64,000 nucleotides of DNA from Kofleriaceae bacterium (GCA_965215005.1 CBDCCZ010000014.1:32001-96000); one strand, 5' to 3'. Positions 38,620 to 49,865 are shown, counted from the stretch's first letter. Numbers and translations: made by a program. Notes: generated by a model not told the origin, from the sequence alone.

Positions 38620-39705
38620 ATGAGCGATGTTCGACTGCGGAGCGTCAGCAAGCGCTACGAGGGATCGCAGGGCGCACGTCCCGCGCTCGAGCACCTCGAC
38701 CTAACCATTCCTAGCGGTGAGCTCGCGGTGCTCGTCGGCCCTTCCGGCTGCGGCAAGTCCACCACCTTGCGGATCATCGCTGGCCTCGAAGAGGCGACGT
38801 CGGGCCGGATCTTCATTGGAGATCGAGACGTGAGTCGGGTCCCGCCGTCACAACGCGACATCGCCATGGTGTTTCAGAGCTACGCGCTCTATCCACACAT
38901 GACGGTCTTCGACAACCTCGCCTTCGCTCTGCGCATTCGCAAGCTGCCCGCTCACGAGATCGCCACACGGGTTCAGGCCGTGGCCGCATCGCTCGGGCTA
39001 GAGGAATACCTCGAGCGACGCCCAAAGGCCCTCTCTGGCGGTCAACGCCAACGAGTCGCCATTGGCCGCGCGGTGGTTCGCGATCCCGAGGTGTTTCTCT
39101 TCGATGAGCCGCTTTCCAATCTCGACGCCAAGCTGCGCGGCGACATGCGTCGCGAGATCGCTCGCATCCACGGACGCTCGCGCACAACCTCGCTATACGT
39201 AACGCACGACCAGATCGAAGCGATGACGCTGGCCGATCGCATCGTGGTGCTCCGCGACGGTGTCCTGCAACAGGTCGGGACACCGATGGAGGTCTACGAT
39301 CAACCAGCAAACCGCTTCGTGGCGGGCTTCTTTGGCACTCCAGCGATGAATTTCCTGCGCGCTCGAATCGCCGGTGGTGGCGCTTCACTGCTCGCGCAGG
39401 GCCCCGGCTTCGAAGTTCCCATCGAAAGGCGCAGCTACACCTCCGAATCGGTGATCGTGGGTATACGTCCCGAAGCGCTCGCGCTCGAGCCGCGTCCGGG
39501 GACGGTGCCGCTCCGTGCAAGCGTCGAGCTCCGCGAGATGCTCGGCGCCGAGGTCCTGCTCCACCTCTCTTCCGACGCCGGAGCACTTACCGTTCGCGCC
39601 GATCCGCGAGCGCCCGCTCGCAACGGGGATAACTTGACTGTGTTTTTCGATCACCAGCGGGTTCATCTGTTCGATGCCGACACCGAAGTGAGGCTTTCTT
39701 CTTGA
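38620..39705 (+). CDS. Sugar ABC transporter ATP-binding protein (MalK/UgpC family)
   Basis: GPSGCGKST, MVFQSYALYPHM, LSGGQRQRVA, DEPLSNLDAKLR, YVTHDQ; C-terminal TOBE. Confidence 0.96.
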   Translation: MSDVRLRSVSKRYEGSQGARPALEHLDLTIPSGELAVLVGPSGCGKSTTLRIIAGLEEATSGRIFIGDRDVSRVPPSQRDIAMVFQSYALYPHMTVFDNLAFALRIRKLPAHEIATRVQAVAASLGLEEYLERRPKALSGGQRQRVAIGRAVVRDPEVFLFDEPLSNLDAKLRGDMRREIARIHGRSRTTSLYVTHDQIEAMTLADRIVVLRDGVLQQVGTPMEVYDQPANRFVAGFFGTPAMNFLRARIAGGGASLLAQGPGFEVPIERRSYTSESVIVGIRPEALALEPRPGTVPLRASVELREMLGAEVLLHLSSDAGALTVRADPRAPARNGDNLTVFFDHQRVHLFDADTEVRLSS

Positions 39706-40925
39706 TCCGTTGGGTTGCCATCTGGTGGATTGCGCTCGCATTCCTCGGGTGTAGCCGCGCCGATTCCGAAGGCAACGTCGTGCTGCTTTGGCATGCCTAC
39801 TCCGGGGCCGAGAGAGTTGCACTCGAAGAGGTGACCAAGTCGTTCAACGACGAGCATCAGGACGTGCACTTGCAAGTGGTGCCCGTACCCTATGACGCTT
39901 TCGCCGATAAGGTCACCAATGCGATTCCCAACGGCAACGGGCCCGATCTGTTCGTATATGCCCATGATCGCATTGGCGACTGGGTAGCCGCTGGGCTGCT
40001 CGAGCCTATCGACTACTTTGTTGATGAGACCGTCGCCGACCAACTCGCATACGAGGCGCTCGCCGCCATGGCGTACCACGGCTCGCTCTACGGTCTACCT
40101 CTGGCGGTCAAGTCGGTTGCCCTCTTCTATCGCACAGACTTGTGTCCCCAACCTCCGCAAACCACCGATGCGCTTCTCGAATGGGGACGCAACTTCGCGG
40201 AGCAACATCGCGGCAGCCACGCGCTCGTTTATGAGAACACTGACCTCTATGGACATGCGGCTTGGCTGCACGGGTTTGGCGGCCGGTTGTTCGATGATCG
40301 CGAACGACTGACCATCGCGACCCCTCAAGGTCGCGCCGCGCTGGAGCTGGCGCGCGAGATCGGAGGGCCAGGGGGAATCGTCCCGCCGGAGCTCACCGCG
40401 ACGATGGTCGCGACGTTGTTCAATGAAGGTCGCGCGGCCATGGCAATTTCGGGCCCGTGGTTCATGGCCGACATCGCGGCCGATGTGCCGTGGAGCGTGA
40501 CTGCCTTACCGGTCGTGAGTGCAACCGGCAAGCGGGCGCGGCCGTTCCTCGGAGCGGAAGGGGTGCTCATGAGCGCTCGCGCGCGCGATAAATCTGCCGC
40601 CTTCACCGCAATGGCCTATCTTGCCGACAACCGCTCCGCCCGCCAACGACTGGCGCGCGCCCACCAGCTGGTCGCCAACCCTGCCGCGTACGACGATGAG
40701 GCGCTCGCCACCACGGCGCCCGCACAACGTCTGGCGTTGCGGGCGTTTCGCCAACAGACGGCTCAGGCTGTGCCCATGCCAGCCACACCTGCCATGCGAC
40801 TGGTCTGGACCCCCTATAAAAGCGCCTTGGAGGGCGTGATTGCCCGCGGGCTCGATCCCGACGCTGCGCTTGCCATCGCCCAACGCGAGATACAAGGGTA
40901 CCTCGACCATGCGGATTCGCCGTGA
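39702..40925 (+). CDS. Maltose/maltodextrin-type ABC substrate-binding lipoprotein
   Basis: Lipobox FLGC, GNGPDLFVYAHDRIGDW, YGLPLAV..ALFY, ISGPW, PMPATPAM..VW (MalE-like). Confidence 0.9.
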   Translation: MIRWVAIWWIALAFLGCSRADSEGNVVLLWHAYSGAERVALEEVTKSFNDEHQDVHLQVVPVPYDAFADKVTNAIPNGNGPDLFVYAHDRIGDWVAAGLLEPIDYFVDETVADQLAYEALAAMAYHGSLYGLPLAVKSVALFYRTDLCPQPPQTTDALLEWGRNFAEQHRGSHALVYENTDLYGHAAWLHGFGGRLFDDRERLTIATPQGRAALELAREIGGPGGIVPPELTATMVATLFNEGRAAMAISGPWFMADIAADVPWSVTALPVVSATGKRARPFLGAEGVLMSARARDKSAAFTAMAYLADNRSARQRLARAHQLVANPAAYDDEALATTAPAQRLALRAFRQQTAQAVPMPATPAMRLVWTPYKSALEGVIARGLDPDAALAIAQREIQGYLDHADSP

Positions 40926-42470
40926 GGAGCTGGTTTCTCAGCTTCGCAGTCACCGCGGCAATCGCGGCCACGATCGCCACGGTCGCCTTCATCTCCTACC
41001 GGAATCGCAGTTTCGAAACTACTTTAAAGCATCGCGCGCACCTCGCGGCGCGGCAGCTGGCAGCCGGTGAGGTACCGACGCCGCCTGTGGTGCTCGCAGC
41101 GATGGTGGACAGATCACGGCAGCGAGGACGCTACCCGTTCTTGCGTGAGCGACGGCTCGTCGAGGGCCGGGTTCTAGGGGGACCGCAAGCGGGCGCCTTC
41201 GATAAGTTACTCTATGATGCAGCAGCTCGCGCAGAGCGCAACGGCGCCTTCGTAGAGCGCTTGCCCAATGGCCTCGCCGTGGCCGCGCTGCCCAATGAGC
41301 AGGGCGTAGCCGTCGCAGCAGCAGCAAGCTCGCATCGGCAGACCTTCCCATGGCTCATCTTCGTAGGGCTATTGTCGGTGGGAGCCGTGGTTGCCGCTGC
41401 CAGGTGCCAGCGTCGGCGGCGCTGCGCGATGCTTCGGCTTGGTGCTCGGTGGCAGCGGGTTGGCGGTGCCGACGTATCAGTGGGCGGGGATCTGGCCTGG
41501 GGTCGCACTGACCGGCACTGCGGTCGGCATCGACGCTTCTTGACTGCAGCGGCTGGATGGCGCGGGCTCGCGCCGAGCTGCGCGACCACCGAGTCGCCTA
41601 CAGCTTCCTGGCACCGGCGGCGCTGGCGATGCTGGTGCTCGTCGCCGGTCCGTTCCTCATGGGACTTCTACTGGGCTTCTACGACCATCATCACGGCACC
41701 TGGACTCTTTGTAGGCCTTGATAACTTCGCCGCGATTTTGGCCGGATGATGGCCGAGAGCTGAGTGACCCTCTCAACTTCTGGTTCACGCTCGCCGTCAC
41801 CATACTCTGGACCGGCGCGAACTTGCTCTTGCACGTCACGCTTGGAGTTCTGCTGGCACTTCAGCTGCGCCACACCTGGCTTGCAGGGCGAGGCGTGTTC
41901 CGCATGCTGCTGATTCTGCCGTGGGCCATTCCCAACTACATCACGGCCCTCATTTGGCGTGGCATGTTCCAGGGCGAATATGGTGCGATCAACGCCATCC
42001 TCGCGAGCGCGGGAATCGACGAGGTTTCCTGGTTCTCTTCCTGGGCGACGGCGTTCGCGGCCAACGTTGCGACGAATACCTGGCTTGGTTTTCCGTTCAT
42101 GATGGTCGTCGCCTTGGGAGCACTGGAGTCGATCCCACGTGACATGTACGAAGCCGCCGCGGTCGACGGTGCTTCGCGCTGGCAGAGCTTCTGGCATATC
42201 ACCGCGCCGCACCTGCGCCCCGCGCTCGGGCCCGCCATCGTGCTAGGTGCGATCTGGACCTTCAACATGTTCAACGTCATCTATCTGGTCAGTAACGGAC
42301 AACCGGGTGGCAGCACTGACATCTTGGTAACCGATGCCTATCGTTGGGCATTCGAACGCGGCGAGCGCTATGGATTGGCGGCGGCCTACGCGACGATCAT
42401 CTTCATCGTCTTACTGGGTTGGACGGTATTGGCAGCACGCATCGGACGTAGGCAGGCGGAGAAGCGGTGA
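40922..42470 (+). pseudogene. MalF-like sugar ABC permease interrupted by about four +1 frameshifts (pseudogene or sequencing error)
   Basis: Continuous permease sequence (AYSFLAPAALAML..FVGLDNF..LPWAIP..EAAAVDGA) is recovered only by removing single bases near 41401, 41533, 41706 and 41745. Confidence 0.8.
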
Positions 42471-42513
42471 TGGTTGACCTCCCGCGCCAGAGCTCGACGA
42501 GGCTTCACCTCCA

Positions 42514-43476
42514 ATGAACGAAACACCCATGGAGGTGCCGATTCGGCGGCACCCTGCCGCCAGACGCCTCACGTATCACTCTGCGGCGGAAACGCGAGAG
42601 CTTCGAGTCGCCTCCAACAGGCGCTCGCCTACGGGACCTTCGCTGCTAACCGCGGCGCTCACCTATGTTGGCCTCATCGTCACCACCTCGGTAGTTCTCT
42701 ATCCGGTGGCGCTGGTGCTGAAGAAGGCGTTTGAGCCCGGCCGCCAGTTCGCCCTGTCACCGTCCCCGCTGCCAAACACCCTCAGCTTGGAGCATTTTCG
42801 CGCGCTGTTTGCCGCCGCTGGCCCTGGCGGCGAGCTGCTGTTCTTGCGTCACGCCCTGAACTCGGCCGTGGTCGCTCTGGGCACGACGATCATCGGTGTC
42901 GCGCTGGCGTGCACTGCTGCGTATGCGCTAAGCCGGCAGCGTTTTGCTGGGCGCAGGGTCGGCCTCACGACGTTTCTCGTGGTGCAGATGTTCCCGGCAA
43001 CGCTGCTCATCATGCCGCTTTACGTGTTGCTGCACCGACTCGGGCTGCTCAACGCGTTGATCGGCTTGATGCTCGTCTACGCTACCACGGCGATTCCGTT
43101 TTGCGTTTGGACGCTAAAAGGCTACTTCGACACGTTGCCACGAGAGCTAGAAGAAGCAGCTCGCATCGACGGAGCCTCACCTTGGACGATTTTCTTTCGC
43201 GTCATCTTGCCGCTCGCTCGCCCCGGCATTGCCGTGACGGCATTGTTTTCATTCATGACGGCATGGAACGAGTTCATCCTCGCAAGCACGTTCATGACCG
43301 ATGAACGCAACTACACGCTCCCGGTATTGCTGCAGTCGAGTGTCGGCAAATACTCCGCAGATTGGGGCCTATTCGCCGCGGGCGCCGTGGTCACTAGCCT
43401 GCCGGTCATGGCCCTATTCTACGTACTGCAGCGCTATTTAGTTGGCGGCCTCACCACCGGAAGTGTCAAGGGTTGA
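42514..43476 (+). CDS. MalG-like sugar ABC permease
   Basis: QMFP, KGYFDTLPRELEEAARIDGAS EAA motif, WNEF, QRYLVGGLTTGSVKG; true start may be further downstream. Confidence 0.93.
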   Translation: MNETPMEVPIRRHPAARRLTYHSAAETRELRVASNRRSPTGPSLLTAALTYVGLIVTTSVVLYPVALVLKKAFEPGRQFALSPSPLPNTLSLEHFRALFAAAGPGGELLFLRHALNSAVVALGTTIIGVALACTAAYALSRQRFAGRRVGLTTFLVVQMFPATLLIMPLYVLLHRLGLLNALIGLMLVYATTAIPFCVWTLKGYFDTLPRELEEAARIDGASPWTIFFRVILPLARPGIAVTALFSFMTAWNEFILASTFMTDERNYTLPVLLQSSVGKYSADWGLFAAGAVVTSLPVMALFYVLQRYLVGGLTTGSVKG

Positions 43477-45032
43477 CGGCTCTCGTCGGGTGCTGCGACC
43501 GCATCGATCGCCGCTCCGGCCCCTGCACCGAGGTTGTGGACTGCGAAGCCGCGAAACGCGCGCCAAAACTGCCAAGCTTCGACGTCCGGCGCGAGCAACC
43601 CCGGTAGCTGCTCGAGCCGCGGAATTGGCGCAAGGCCATCGCCAGTGGGCGCGACGAATCGGCGTGGGAAGCGTTGCCGGCCGGCGCTAGCCACACCCAA
43701 GTGCCACACCGCCAACGTATATCGGCGGTGCGCAGCCAGGCTACGAGCACGATAGATATGCCCCTTGATGGAGTTTGGCTGGCTGATGACCTGCGCGGCA
43801 AACAGTGCTCGCTCGTTACCCACCTCGGCGGTCCGGGACATCGCCGCCATGCATTGCAACGCGATGCCGGCGACCGCGAGCACGATGAGCAGCGGCCGAA
43901 TCGACGGCCAGCGCTGCACACCCGCACCCGCGGCGTGGCAGAGCCCCAACACGAGAAACACCGAGGGCGCCAAGAACAGTCGCTCTGCGAAGAGAGTAAC
44001 GATCAACAAGATGCTGTTGGAAAACAGCGCGTAGCTGGCCACAAACGCAAGGCTGGCGCCGGCGAGGTGCTTCAGCGCATGACCTGCCGCCTGCCCGCGA
44101 CGCATTCGAAGCCATACGAGCGCGAGAACCGCTGCTGCCAACGCGACACCGAGCCAGCCATAAGGCTCTGAGAAGTCGGCAGCCACGGGTATCGCATCGA
44201 ACGTATAGTCAAATGACAACCCAACAGGCACGAGAGTGAGTGCCACGTAGCGTCCCAACAGAACAAACGGCATCCACAGTCGCTCGATGACGGAAGCATC
44301 TAGCAGCGGATTGTCGGCGGGGAGGATATAGCCGGCAATGTTGATTGGCAGCAGCGCCGAGCGCACGAGCAGGAACGCCAGCGCCGCTGCAAGGAGCATC
44401 GCCAGCGTGCAACCGTGCCGCTGCCAACGAAGGCTGGCGAGCCCGCGCGTGCCGATCATCCAAACGGCAGCTACTAGCGGCAACAAGAATGCCGACTCCT
44501 TGCACAACAGCGCGGCGACATACAAGCCCACACTCACCATGGCGCGCCGGTCGAGCGCCGCAAGCAACGCCAGGAGCGCCAGCAGCAGCGACATCACTTC
44601 GGCGCTGTTGGCAACCAATCCGACCGCATCGACGTGAATCGCCAGCGATGCGAACAACGCAGCCCCCACAGCTGCCATTTCTTCACCGAGCGAGCGGCGA
44701 TAGAAGCGCTGCACGACGGCCACCAGCGCGCAAAACCACAAGACACTCACCAGGTGAAAGAAGCCCGGCTCCGCCCCCCAGAGCGCCCACTGACCTGCGA
44801 AGAGCAGCGTCGCCAGCGGCCGCAGAGTGTTGGCGCCCTGCCCCAACGGCTCGCCCATGTAGTTGTATTCGAGCACGGCGGTCATCGGCGCCGCCCCGTT
44901 GACCACCGGATGCTCGACGATATCCGTGACGTCGTCGGCGACGAAGCTGCCGCTCACGCCCAGACCATGGGCAAGCACCGCGGCGATCAGCGGAGCTAGC
45001 GCCAGCCCCAAGCGACGCACCCTATCGCTCAC
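43434..45032 (-). CDS. TMTC/DUF1736-like multi-TM glycosyltransferase (GT-C)
   Basis: FVADD, RPL, FH, IHVDAV, LCKE, DNP, Y..L..VP..LSFDY, AERLF.APS, then a short TPR-like tail. Confidence 0.75.
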   Translation of the reverse strand: MSDRVRRLGLALAPLIAAVLAHGLGVSGSFVADDVTDIVEHPVVNGAAPMTAVLEYNYMGEPLGQGANTLRPLATLLFAGQWALWGAEPGFFHLVSVLWFCALVAVVQRFYRRSLGEEMAAVGAALFASLAIHVDAVGLVANSAEVMSLLLALLALLAALDRRAMVSVGLYVAALLCKESAFLLPLVAAVWMIGTRGLASLRWQRHGCTLAMLLAAALAFLLVRSALLPINIAGYILPADNPLLDASVIERLWMPFVLLGRYVALTLVPVGLSFDYTFDAIPVAADFSEPYGWLGVALAAAVLALVWLRMRRGQAAGHALKHLAGASLAFVASYALFSNSILLIVTLFAERLFLAPSVFLVLGLCHAAGAGVQRWPSIRPLLIVLAVAGIALQCMAAMSRTAEVGNERALFAAQVISQPNSIKGHIYRARSLAAHRRYTLAVWHLGVASAGRQRFPRRFVAPTGDGLAPIPRLEQLPGLLAPDVEAWQFWRAFRGFAVHNLGAGAGAAIDAVAAPDESRQPLTLPVVRPPTK

Positions 45033-45297
45033 AGCAACGCATCATAGAACATCTCCGCGGGATCGGCGACGCAGAGCCGTACCTACCGCCTGCGACACCC
45101 ACCTATGCACGAGCGCCGCCGGACACTCGCGCGTTGCGCTGGGTTTCGCATCTCGCGTAAGCTCGCATGCGGGTCGGGGGCTTCGTCAAAGAATCGCGAA
45201 GCGCACGCTTTGCGCGCGATTGTTCACTGAAGAGGCCGCGGCGCATCTTCGATGCGGAACCTGTTCCTGATCCTGCTCGCACCTCGAGAAAGCAGAG

Positions 45298-46896
45298 ATG
45301 GACGCAAGCAGCCCTCCGCACACCGATGAGCCATTGCTGGCACCCACGCGCCGGCCGACGACTGTGCTGCTGATCGCCGCCGGATTCTACGTCGTTCTTG
45401 TCGTGGGGCTCGCCCTCTCGGGGCGTTTCACGTTTGTGTGGAAGACGTCGGTGATCCCGGCGCTGTTCATCGTCGCACTCGCGACGCGGCAGATGCGCGT
45501 CTTTTTATACGACTGGGCGGTACTACTCGGGGCAATCGTTCTGTTCGACTCGCTCCGCGGCCTGATCTTTGCGGTGCTAACGCGACTCGAGCTCCGCTGG
45601 TACGCAGCATACGTGGTCGATGCGGAGCACGCCCTCCTGGGCGGTACGACACTGCCGGAAGTACTGCAAGCGGGCGGCAATGGCGGACAAGCCGACGCAT
45701 TGGCCAAGACGCTGGTCCTCTTTCACGGCAGCCATTTCCTCTTCTTCCTACTCTTTGGCCTCGCGGTGTGGCTGTTTCGTCGCGCCGAGTTTTGGCGCTT
45801 TCGCGTGTCCATCCTGCTCCTGCTCGGGATGGGTCTCCTCACCTATCAGCTCGTTCCAACGGCACCTCCGTGGATGGCAAGCGATCTCGGTCTCATCGGT
45901 CCCATCGATCGCATCACTCTACAAATCTACAACACTGCCAGCCCCAACCTGGCTCGCACGTTCGACGTGAACCCAATCGCGGCCATGCCGTCGCTGCACG
46001 CGGCGCTGCCCGCGCTCTTCGTTCTCATCGGGCTCCATCACTTCCGCTTGCGCGCGCTCGTGGTCGTGTTTTATGCATGCATGGTCTGGTTTGGCATCGG
46101 CTACCTCGGCGAACACTATCTAGTCGATATTCTCGCCGGCGCTGGCTACGCGGCCGTGGCGTACCTCCTGGTGTACCGCGGGGTTCTCGATCGGTTTACG
46201 CGTGCAGACGATCCTGCGCTCACGGCAGATCGGGGCCATTGGCCGCCAGTCTTGAAGCACCGCGTCCTCATCGGACTGGTTCTCGTGATCGCTGCCGAGG
46301 GCGTGGGGCAAGCAGCCATCTCGCTTCGAGCCCCCATGGTCATCGATCGAGCCTTCGTGACGAGCGAGCTCATCGGTCGCAGCCCGTTAGGACACTTGCA
46401 CTTGGCAAGGCTCGCGACCTCGGAGGGCAATTTCGAGGAGGCCGCAGCGGCACTGGCAGCGGGCTTCGCCGAGATCTCCGAGCCCAACCACATGCTCATG
46501 GCACTCTCGGCGCTGCGATCGCTATCGAATGCAGCCTCGGATCCGCAGCTCGAGAGACGTCTGCTCGACGGGCTGCCGCCGCAAGCAAAAATCCTCAAGG
46601 AAATGACGCTTGCCAGCGTTCAATTCTCTAACGGAGAAGCGCGATCAGCAATCGACCGATTGCGGCGGATCACGGATGAGCACCCACAGGCTGCCAAGCC
46701 GCTCTACCTACTCGGCACGTTTGGAAGCGAGAGCGGGCTGATGTCTGCAACGCAGGTGGAAGACATAGCCGCCCGACTGGACCGCCTCGAAGACCTTGAC
46801 GCCCAAGCAGCGAGCTGGGCCGAAGACCTGCGGAGAATGTCTAGCGCTAGTGGTCCGGGCGCCGCTGGTAAAGTGCCAGAGGTCCCGACGCGATGA
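45298..46896 (+). CDS. PAP2-family phosphotransferase (Aur1/IPC-synthase-like) with C-terminal TPR-like domain
   Basis: PTAPPW, AAMPSLHAA, EHYLVDILAG; multiple TM; helical soluble C-terminus. Confidence 0.85.
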   Translation: MDASSPPHTDEPLLAPTRRPTTVLLIAAGFYVVLVVGLALSGRFTFVWKTSVIPALFIVALATRQMRVFLYDWAVLLGAIVLFDSLRGLIFAVLTRLELRWYAAYVVDAEHALLGGTTLPEVLQAGGNGGQADALAKTLVLFHGSHFLFFLLFGLAVWLFRRAEFWRFRVSILLLLGMGLLTYQLVPTAPPWMASDLGLIGPIDRITLQIYNTASPNLARTFDVNPIAAMPSLHAALPALFVLIGLHHFRLRALVVVFYACMVWFGIGYLGEHYLVDILAGAGYAAVAYLLVYRGVLDRFTRADDPALTADRGHWPPVLKHRVLIGLVLVIAAEGVGQAAISLRAPMVIDRAFVTSELIGRSPLGHLHLARLATSEGNFEEAAAALAAGFAEISEPNHMLMALSALRSLSNAASDPQLERRLLDGLPPQAKILKEMTLASVQFSNGEARSAIDRLRRITDEHPQAAKPLYLLGTFGSESGLMSATQVEDIAARLDRLEDLDAQAASWAEDLRRMSSASGPGAAGKVPEVPTR

Positions 46897-48340
46897 GCTC
46901 GTAACGAACTTCTAGCAGCGCCAGGAACTCGCGGCGCGACATGTACTTCGGTGGCGGCGATTGCACCACGACCACCATCGCCGGCTCGGCGCGACGGAGC
47001 GACTCGACGATCTGCTGAAACGCATCCGGGGAGGACTCGACGTCTCGCCAAAAGAGCTCCTGTACAGCGGCCTTGCGATTTGCGAGATAGTAGATTTCAG
47101 CCTCGGCGAACGCGACGTAGAGCGTATCGCTTGCGTCGGTCCGCGTCGCGATCACTTCGGCCAGAGAGTCGGCAATGAGGTAGCCCGGCCGCTGATATCG
47201 AAGTGCCGAGACTTCCTTGGGCGCAAGAAGCCAAAATGGCGCTTCTCGCACCAAGAAAATCACCACTCCTACGACCAACATCAGCCTCGCCGAGACGTGC
47301 GGCAACCGCGGCTGGTCCGCTGTCATGGCGGCCGCCGCACACACCGCCAGTACTGGAATCAACTGCTGAAAGTAATGGGCATGCCACATTCCTCCGAGCG
47401 CCATTCCCGCTCCGCTGGTGACGATCCATACCAGCAGAAAGTGCCGCATGGCGGGCTGGCATCGCATCAAACCGATCAGACCAACCGCGGCCAAGGGCAT
47501 CCACGACGAGTAGGTCTCTCGTATCCCCGCGAGCAGGCGGCTCAGTTGCCCCCCAGCGGACTCGGTGACGACGGAGTAGCCGAGCAAGCGGCGCTCGACG
47601 AACGTATTCCAGTATCCGCCCCAGTCGACGAGAGCTCCGTGCACGAGGCACGCTGCCGGCAAGAGGACCATGCCGGCAATCGCATAGATCACTTGTCGCG
47701 TCGGCGGACGCTCGTGTACGAGCCAGAGGAGCACCAGAAGGCCCGCTGCACCACCGCTCGGCTTGATGATTGCAGCCGCGCCAGCGGTGAGACCGGCGAC
47801 TAACCAAGATCGCCGCCACGCAAACGAGGCCGATAGGGTAATCGGCAGCAACGTAAAGAGCTCGGCGTTGCAGGTAAATCCTTCGATCCATGGTGCTGCG
47901 CTCACGACTGCAAAGAAAGCGGCGGCCCAAACGCCCGTGCGCCGTCGGCTCAGGTGCCTGCCGCACCAGTAGATGGAGATCACCGTTGCAGCGTTGTAGA
48001 GGGCGCCAAACAGCCGAATCGTGCGAGCTCCTCCGCCAAACAGCTCAGGCACCCAATAGAGCACGAAAAGGCCCTGCGGCCGGTCGAGAGGGATGTCGCG
48101 GTACGGCTGAAAGTCGCTTGACCAGAAGCGCGCTACGTACGCATACGCGCCCTCGTCGGTAATCAGTGGAACCTCGAGAAAGGGCCAACGAAGCGCAATG
48201 GAGGCAACGGCAATGGCTGCCACCAGTGCGTAGACGCCGAGCGGTGAGCTGCAAGCACGAGCAAGTCGCTGGGCAAGCACGGCAGCAAGCTTAACGCAGC
48301 TGAGCTCGCCGCACTCGATCCCGACGATGCCCTGACGCAC
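46847..48340 (-). CDS. ArnT/PMT-like (GT83/GT39) membrane glycosyltransferase
   Basis: TDEGAY..PYRD..DRPQG, IRL, NAELF, KP, HYF..P; start uncertain. Confidence 0.8.
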   Translation of the reverse strand: MRQGIVGIECGELSCVKLAAVLAQRLARACSSPLGVYALVAAIAVASIALRWPFLEVPLITDEGAYAYVARFWSSDFQPYRDIPLDRPQGLFVLYWVPELFGGGARTIRLFGALYNAATVISIYWCGRHLSRRRTGVWAAAFFAVVSAAPWIEGFTCNAELFTLLPITLSASFAWRRSWLVAGLTAGAAAIIKPSGGAAGLLVLLWLVHERPPTRQVIYAIAGMVLLPAACLVHGALVDWGGYWNTFVERRLLGYSVVTESAGGQLSRLLAGIRETYSSWMPLAAVGLIGLMRCQPAMRHFLLVWIVTSGAGMALGGMWHAHYFQQLIPVLAVCAAAAMTADQPRLPHVSARLMLVVGVVIFLVREAPFWLLAPKEVSALRYQRPGYLIADSLAEVIATRTDASDTLYVAFAEAEIYYLANRKAAVQELFWRDVESSPDAFQQIVESLRRAEPAMVVVVQSPPPKYMSRREFLALLEVRYELIASGPLALYQRRPDH

Positions 48341-48380
48341 CTACGTCTGCAGCGATTCTAGCCATGCTACGCTAGCTGCG

Positions 48381-49865
48381 TTGCGCGAGGGGGCCCAATT
48401 CGAGAAGCGCTCGAGTGCGTTCGTGGGCGCCATTGTGGTTGTGGTGGCCAGTCTCCTTTACGGTCTCACCGTTGCTCGCAGTGTGTTCTGGTATGACAGC
48501 GCCGAGTTCGTCGCGGCCGCGGTGACCCTCGGCATTCCCCACCCCCCGGGGTATCCGCTCTACACGCTCGTCGCGCACACCTTTACCTGGCTACCGCTCG
48601 ACCCTGCAGTCTCCGTCAATGTCATGAGCGCGGTGTTCGCGACTCTGGCAGTGGCGCTCAGCTATCGTGTTCTGCGGCGAGTGCGGGTAACGGTCGCGGG
48701 GGCAGCCGTGGGAGCGTTGGCGCTGGCCACCTGTCCGCTGTTTTGGTGGCAGGCGGTCGTCGCTGAGGTCTACACGCCCGCTCTGGCAACGATGCTGCTC
48801 GTTTTGGAGCTGCTTCTGGTCGGTCTCGAAAAGAACGACGGCCGCCGGCTCATCATAGCTGGTGCGGTCGCGGGCCTCGGGCTGGGTTTGCATCTATTCA
48901 TCGCGACCGCTGGACTCGGATTTGCGCTCTTGGTCCTCGCCGTAGGGGCACCGCCTCGAGCACGACCGTTTAGCCACCTCTTCTCTCGCGCGAGCGGACG
49001 TCGGCATCTAGCGATCGCAGCCGCTTCGGCGTTAGCAGCGCTCATCGGCGCCACGTTGATCTACGCATGGCTGCCGCTGCGCTCGGCAATGCAGCCGGCG
49101 TTCGACTACAGCCAACCGCGCAGCTGGGCGCGATTTGCGTGGATGGTGACGGGCGGCGAATACAAACACTGGTTTGGTGGCATGGATGCCATCGATCGAG
49201 CGCTCGCTATTGCCAGCGTCTTCAAGAACGCGCTCTCGGTGTTCGGCCTGCTGCTGGGCATTGGGGGTATTGCATGGGCGCTACGAAGTAGGCCGATATT
49301 CGCTGCGGCGCTGCTCCTCATCATTGCCGGCAACTTGTTCGTTTTCGCGGATTACCAAGTTCACGACTTCGAGGTCTTCTTCTTGCCAGCGATCGTTGCC
49401 ATGACGCTGTTCATTGGTATCGGGACCGAATGCGTGCTTAGCGCGGCAGCTCGCATAGCAGACGCGCGGCGCCGTTGGCTGTTGCAGAACGCAGCCCTCG
49501 CGGGCTTACTCCTCTACCCCATCACCACTGCATGGACCAACTACGAAGCGATCGACATGAGCGACTTCGATGAAGCGGAGCAGTGGGCCCAGGTGCTGCT
49601 ACGCGAGCTGCCCCAGAATGCGGTCATCTTCGACTTTCATACGCCGGAAGAGTGGAAATTCAAGGCGGTCTTTCACTTCTACTATCAGCAAGCTCTCGGC
49701 CAGCGCCTCGATGTTCTGGTGGGCAAGCCGGCGAGTCTACGGGACATCGTCGGCGCGTTGAGCCAAGGCCGGGCGGTCTACGTCTTCCACCCCATCGAAA
49801 CGCTGCGCCTGCACTTCACGATTGAGCCACAGCTCGGTCTGTTCGCGGTCACCGGGGTGAAATGA
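48381..49865 (+). CDS. DUF2723 (TMEM260-like) membrane glycosyltransferase
   Basis: DSAEFVAAAVTLGIPHPPGYPLYTL, VNVMSA, FWWQAVVAEVY, GL.LGLH, Y.WLPLR. Confidence 0.85.
   Translation: MREGAQFEKRSSAFVGAIVVVVASLLYGLTVARSVFWYDSAEFVAAAVTLGIPHPPGYPLYTLVAHTFTWLPLDPAVSVNVMSAVFATLAVALSYRVLRRVRVTVAGAAVGALALATCPLFWWQAVVAEVYTPALATMLLVLELLLVGLEKNDGRRLIIAGAVAGLGLGLHLFIATAGLGFALLVLAVGAPPRARPFSHLFSRASGRRHLAIAAASALAALIGATLIYAWLPLRSAMQPAFDYSQPRSWARFAWMVTGGEYKHWFGGMDAIDRALAIASVFKNALSVFGLLLGIGGIAWALRSRPIFAAALLLIIAGNLFVFADYQVHDFEVFFLPAIVAMTLFIGIGTECVLSAAARIADARRRWLLQNAALAGLLLYPITTAWTNYEAIDMSDFDEAEQWAQVLLRELPQNAVIFDFHTPEEWKFKAVFHFYYQQALGQRLDVLVGKPASLRDIVGALSQGRAVYVFHPIETLRLHFTIEPQLGLFAVTGVK

Noticed and set aside
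46961..47966. Overlapping alternative ORFs in the glycosyltransferase block (also 45438-46631)
   Set aside because: Off-frame or antisense Arg-rich translations overlapping motif-bearing genes
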